This document shows positions 63,133-64,000 of a DNA stretch of 64,000 nt, one piece after another. This DNA is from Clostridia bacterium (GTDB taxonomy: Bacteria > Bacillota > Clostridia > Monoglobales > Firm-18). Where the stretch lies: assembly GCA_045660545.1 (NCBI GenBank), contig JAZREA010000026.1, positions 12,561 to 76,560 of the forward strand. Reading direction: 5' to 3'. Made by a program: the position numbers and the translations under genes. The notes beneath the pieces are model-generated. The model was not told the origin of the DNA and made no database searches. It saw only the letters and a list, made by a program, of their open reading frames with translations. Position 1 is the stretch's first letter. The number at the start of each line of letters is the position of its first letter.

Positions 63133-64000
63133 TGGATAAAATTATTCTTTTAAAATACGGCGAGATTATTCTAAAAGGTCTTAACAGACCGCGTTTTGAA
63201 AATATTCTTATGGAAAATATTTCGCAGTATGTTGATAAAACAAAGGTCAGGATATGGAAAGCGCAGGCGACAATTTACGTCGAGCCTTTGACGGACGACG
63301 TAGATATGGACGCGATGGCTGTAAAGCTTACTAAGGTCTTTGGCGTAGTGGCTGTTGCGCTCGCACACGTTGTGCCAAAGGATATCGACCTGATATGCAA
63401 AAAGGCTGCTGAGGTTGCGGGCTCTACAAAGGGCTCTACCTTCAAGGTGGAGGCCAAAAGAGCTGACAAGAAGTTCCCGTATAACTCGCCGCAAATCTGT
63501 ATGCAGGCAGGCGGTGCGGTTTTAGAGGCTAACCCTCACCTTAAAGTTGACGTTCACAACCCTGACTTTATTGTAAACGTGGAAATAAGGGACTTTGCGG
63601 CGTATATCTATGCCGAAAAGCTTCAGGGAGTAGGCGGAATGCCGATAGGTACTAACGGCAAGGCTACCCTCTTGCTCTCGGGAGGTATTGACAGCCCCGT
63701 TGCAGGCTATATGATTGCCAAAAGAGGCGCGTATATTAACGCGGTACACTTTTACAGCTATCCTTACACGAGCGAAAGAGCTAAGGAAAAGGTTTTAGAC
63801 CTCGCGCAGATTCTGGCTGACTATTGTGGCGAAATTAAGGTGCATGTTGTGCCGTTTACAGAAATACAGCTTGCGATTAACGATAAATGTCCCGAGGAAC
63901 AGCTGACCGTTATAATGCGTAGAATTATGATGCGTATTGCAGATATCATAGCCCATAAAACCGGCTCGTACGCTCTTATTACGGGCGAGAGTATAGGCCA
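63132..64000 (+). CDS. thiI: tRNA 4-thiouridine synthase ThiI (3' end runs off window)
   Basis: Not in ORF track because it is truncated. ATG overlaps the nifS stop (TAATG). MDKIILLKYGEIILKGLNRPRFE start, later the PP-loop LLLSGGIDSPVAG. Confidence 0.9.
   Translation, partial: MDKIILLKYGEIILKGLNRPRFENILMENISQYVDKTKVRIWKAQATIYVEPLTDDVDMDAMAVKLTKVFGVVAVALAHVVPKDIDLICKKAAEVAGSTKGSTFKVEAKRADKKFPYNSPQICMQAGGAVLEANPHLKVDVHNPDFIVNVEIRDFAAYIYAEKLQGVGGMPIGTNGKATLLLSGGIDSPVAGYMIAKRGAYINAVHFYSYPYTSERAKEKVLDLAQILADYCGEIKVHVVPFTEIQLAINDKCPEEQLTVIMRRIMMRIADIIAHKTGSYALITGESIG

Overview
Chromosomal window from a spore-forming, low-GC Firmicute (Clostridia-like gene content and order). Most of it is conserved housekeeping and sporulation DNA. 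This includes a eutC/eutB/eutA/alcohol-dehydrogenase block and secDF. A long minus-strand cluster runs recN-argR-nadK-tlyA-dxs-oapA-[OLE RNA]-ispA-xseB-xseA-nusB. Further genes are DUF1015, dusB, pncB, a cortex/peptidoglycan-binding cluster, a CaCA antiporter, yhbY, dac-sigE-spoIIGA, folT with a THF riboswitch, spoIIIAA-AH, an Asp23-family gene, tRNA-fMet, trkAH, tRNA-Arg, nifS-like and thiI. An accessory-looking stretch (about 38.2-54.8 kb) carries small regulator-plus-enzyme modules (DeoR/HAD, TetR/ADH-DegV-ALDH, AbrB-like/glycosyltransferase) plus oxidoreductases. No transposase, integrase, CRISPR array or rRNA was seen. Most unusual items: (1) At 57.9-61.7 kb, beside tRNA-Arg, there is a tandem array of two large paralogous ORFs. 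They share a 576-bp 5' module with a peptidoglycan-binding-like motif but have unrelated C-terminal domains, and each is followed by its own small membrane protein. Repeated hairpin junctions and a third truncated junction are present. This looks like a polymorphic toxin/immunity array with an orphan cassette and no recognisable secretion domain. (2) A roughly 600-nt ORF-free, GC-richer gap sits between ispA and a 192-aa membrane protein upstream of dxs, which is the synteny of OLE RNA/OapA. (3) Downstream of tRNA-fMet there is a dense GTGAAAT/ATTTCAC heptamer-plus-mini-hairpin array. Repeated terminator modules flank a DeoR/HAD insert, and a GC-rich element carries inverted fragments of the tRNA-fMet anticodon arm. 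(4) A 47-aa Asn/Gln-only micro-ORF, missed by the ORF track, has its own RBS and terminator. All calls rest on reading the sequence and recalled family motifs; no searches were run.
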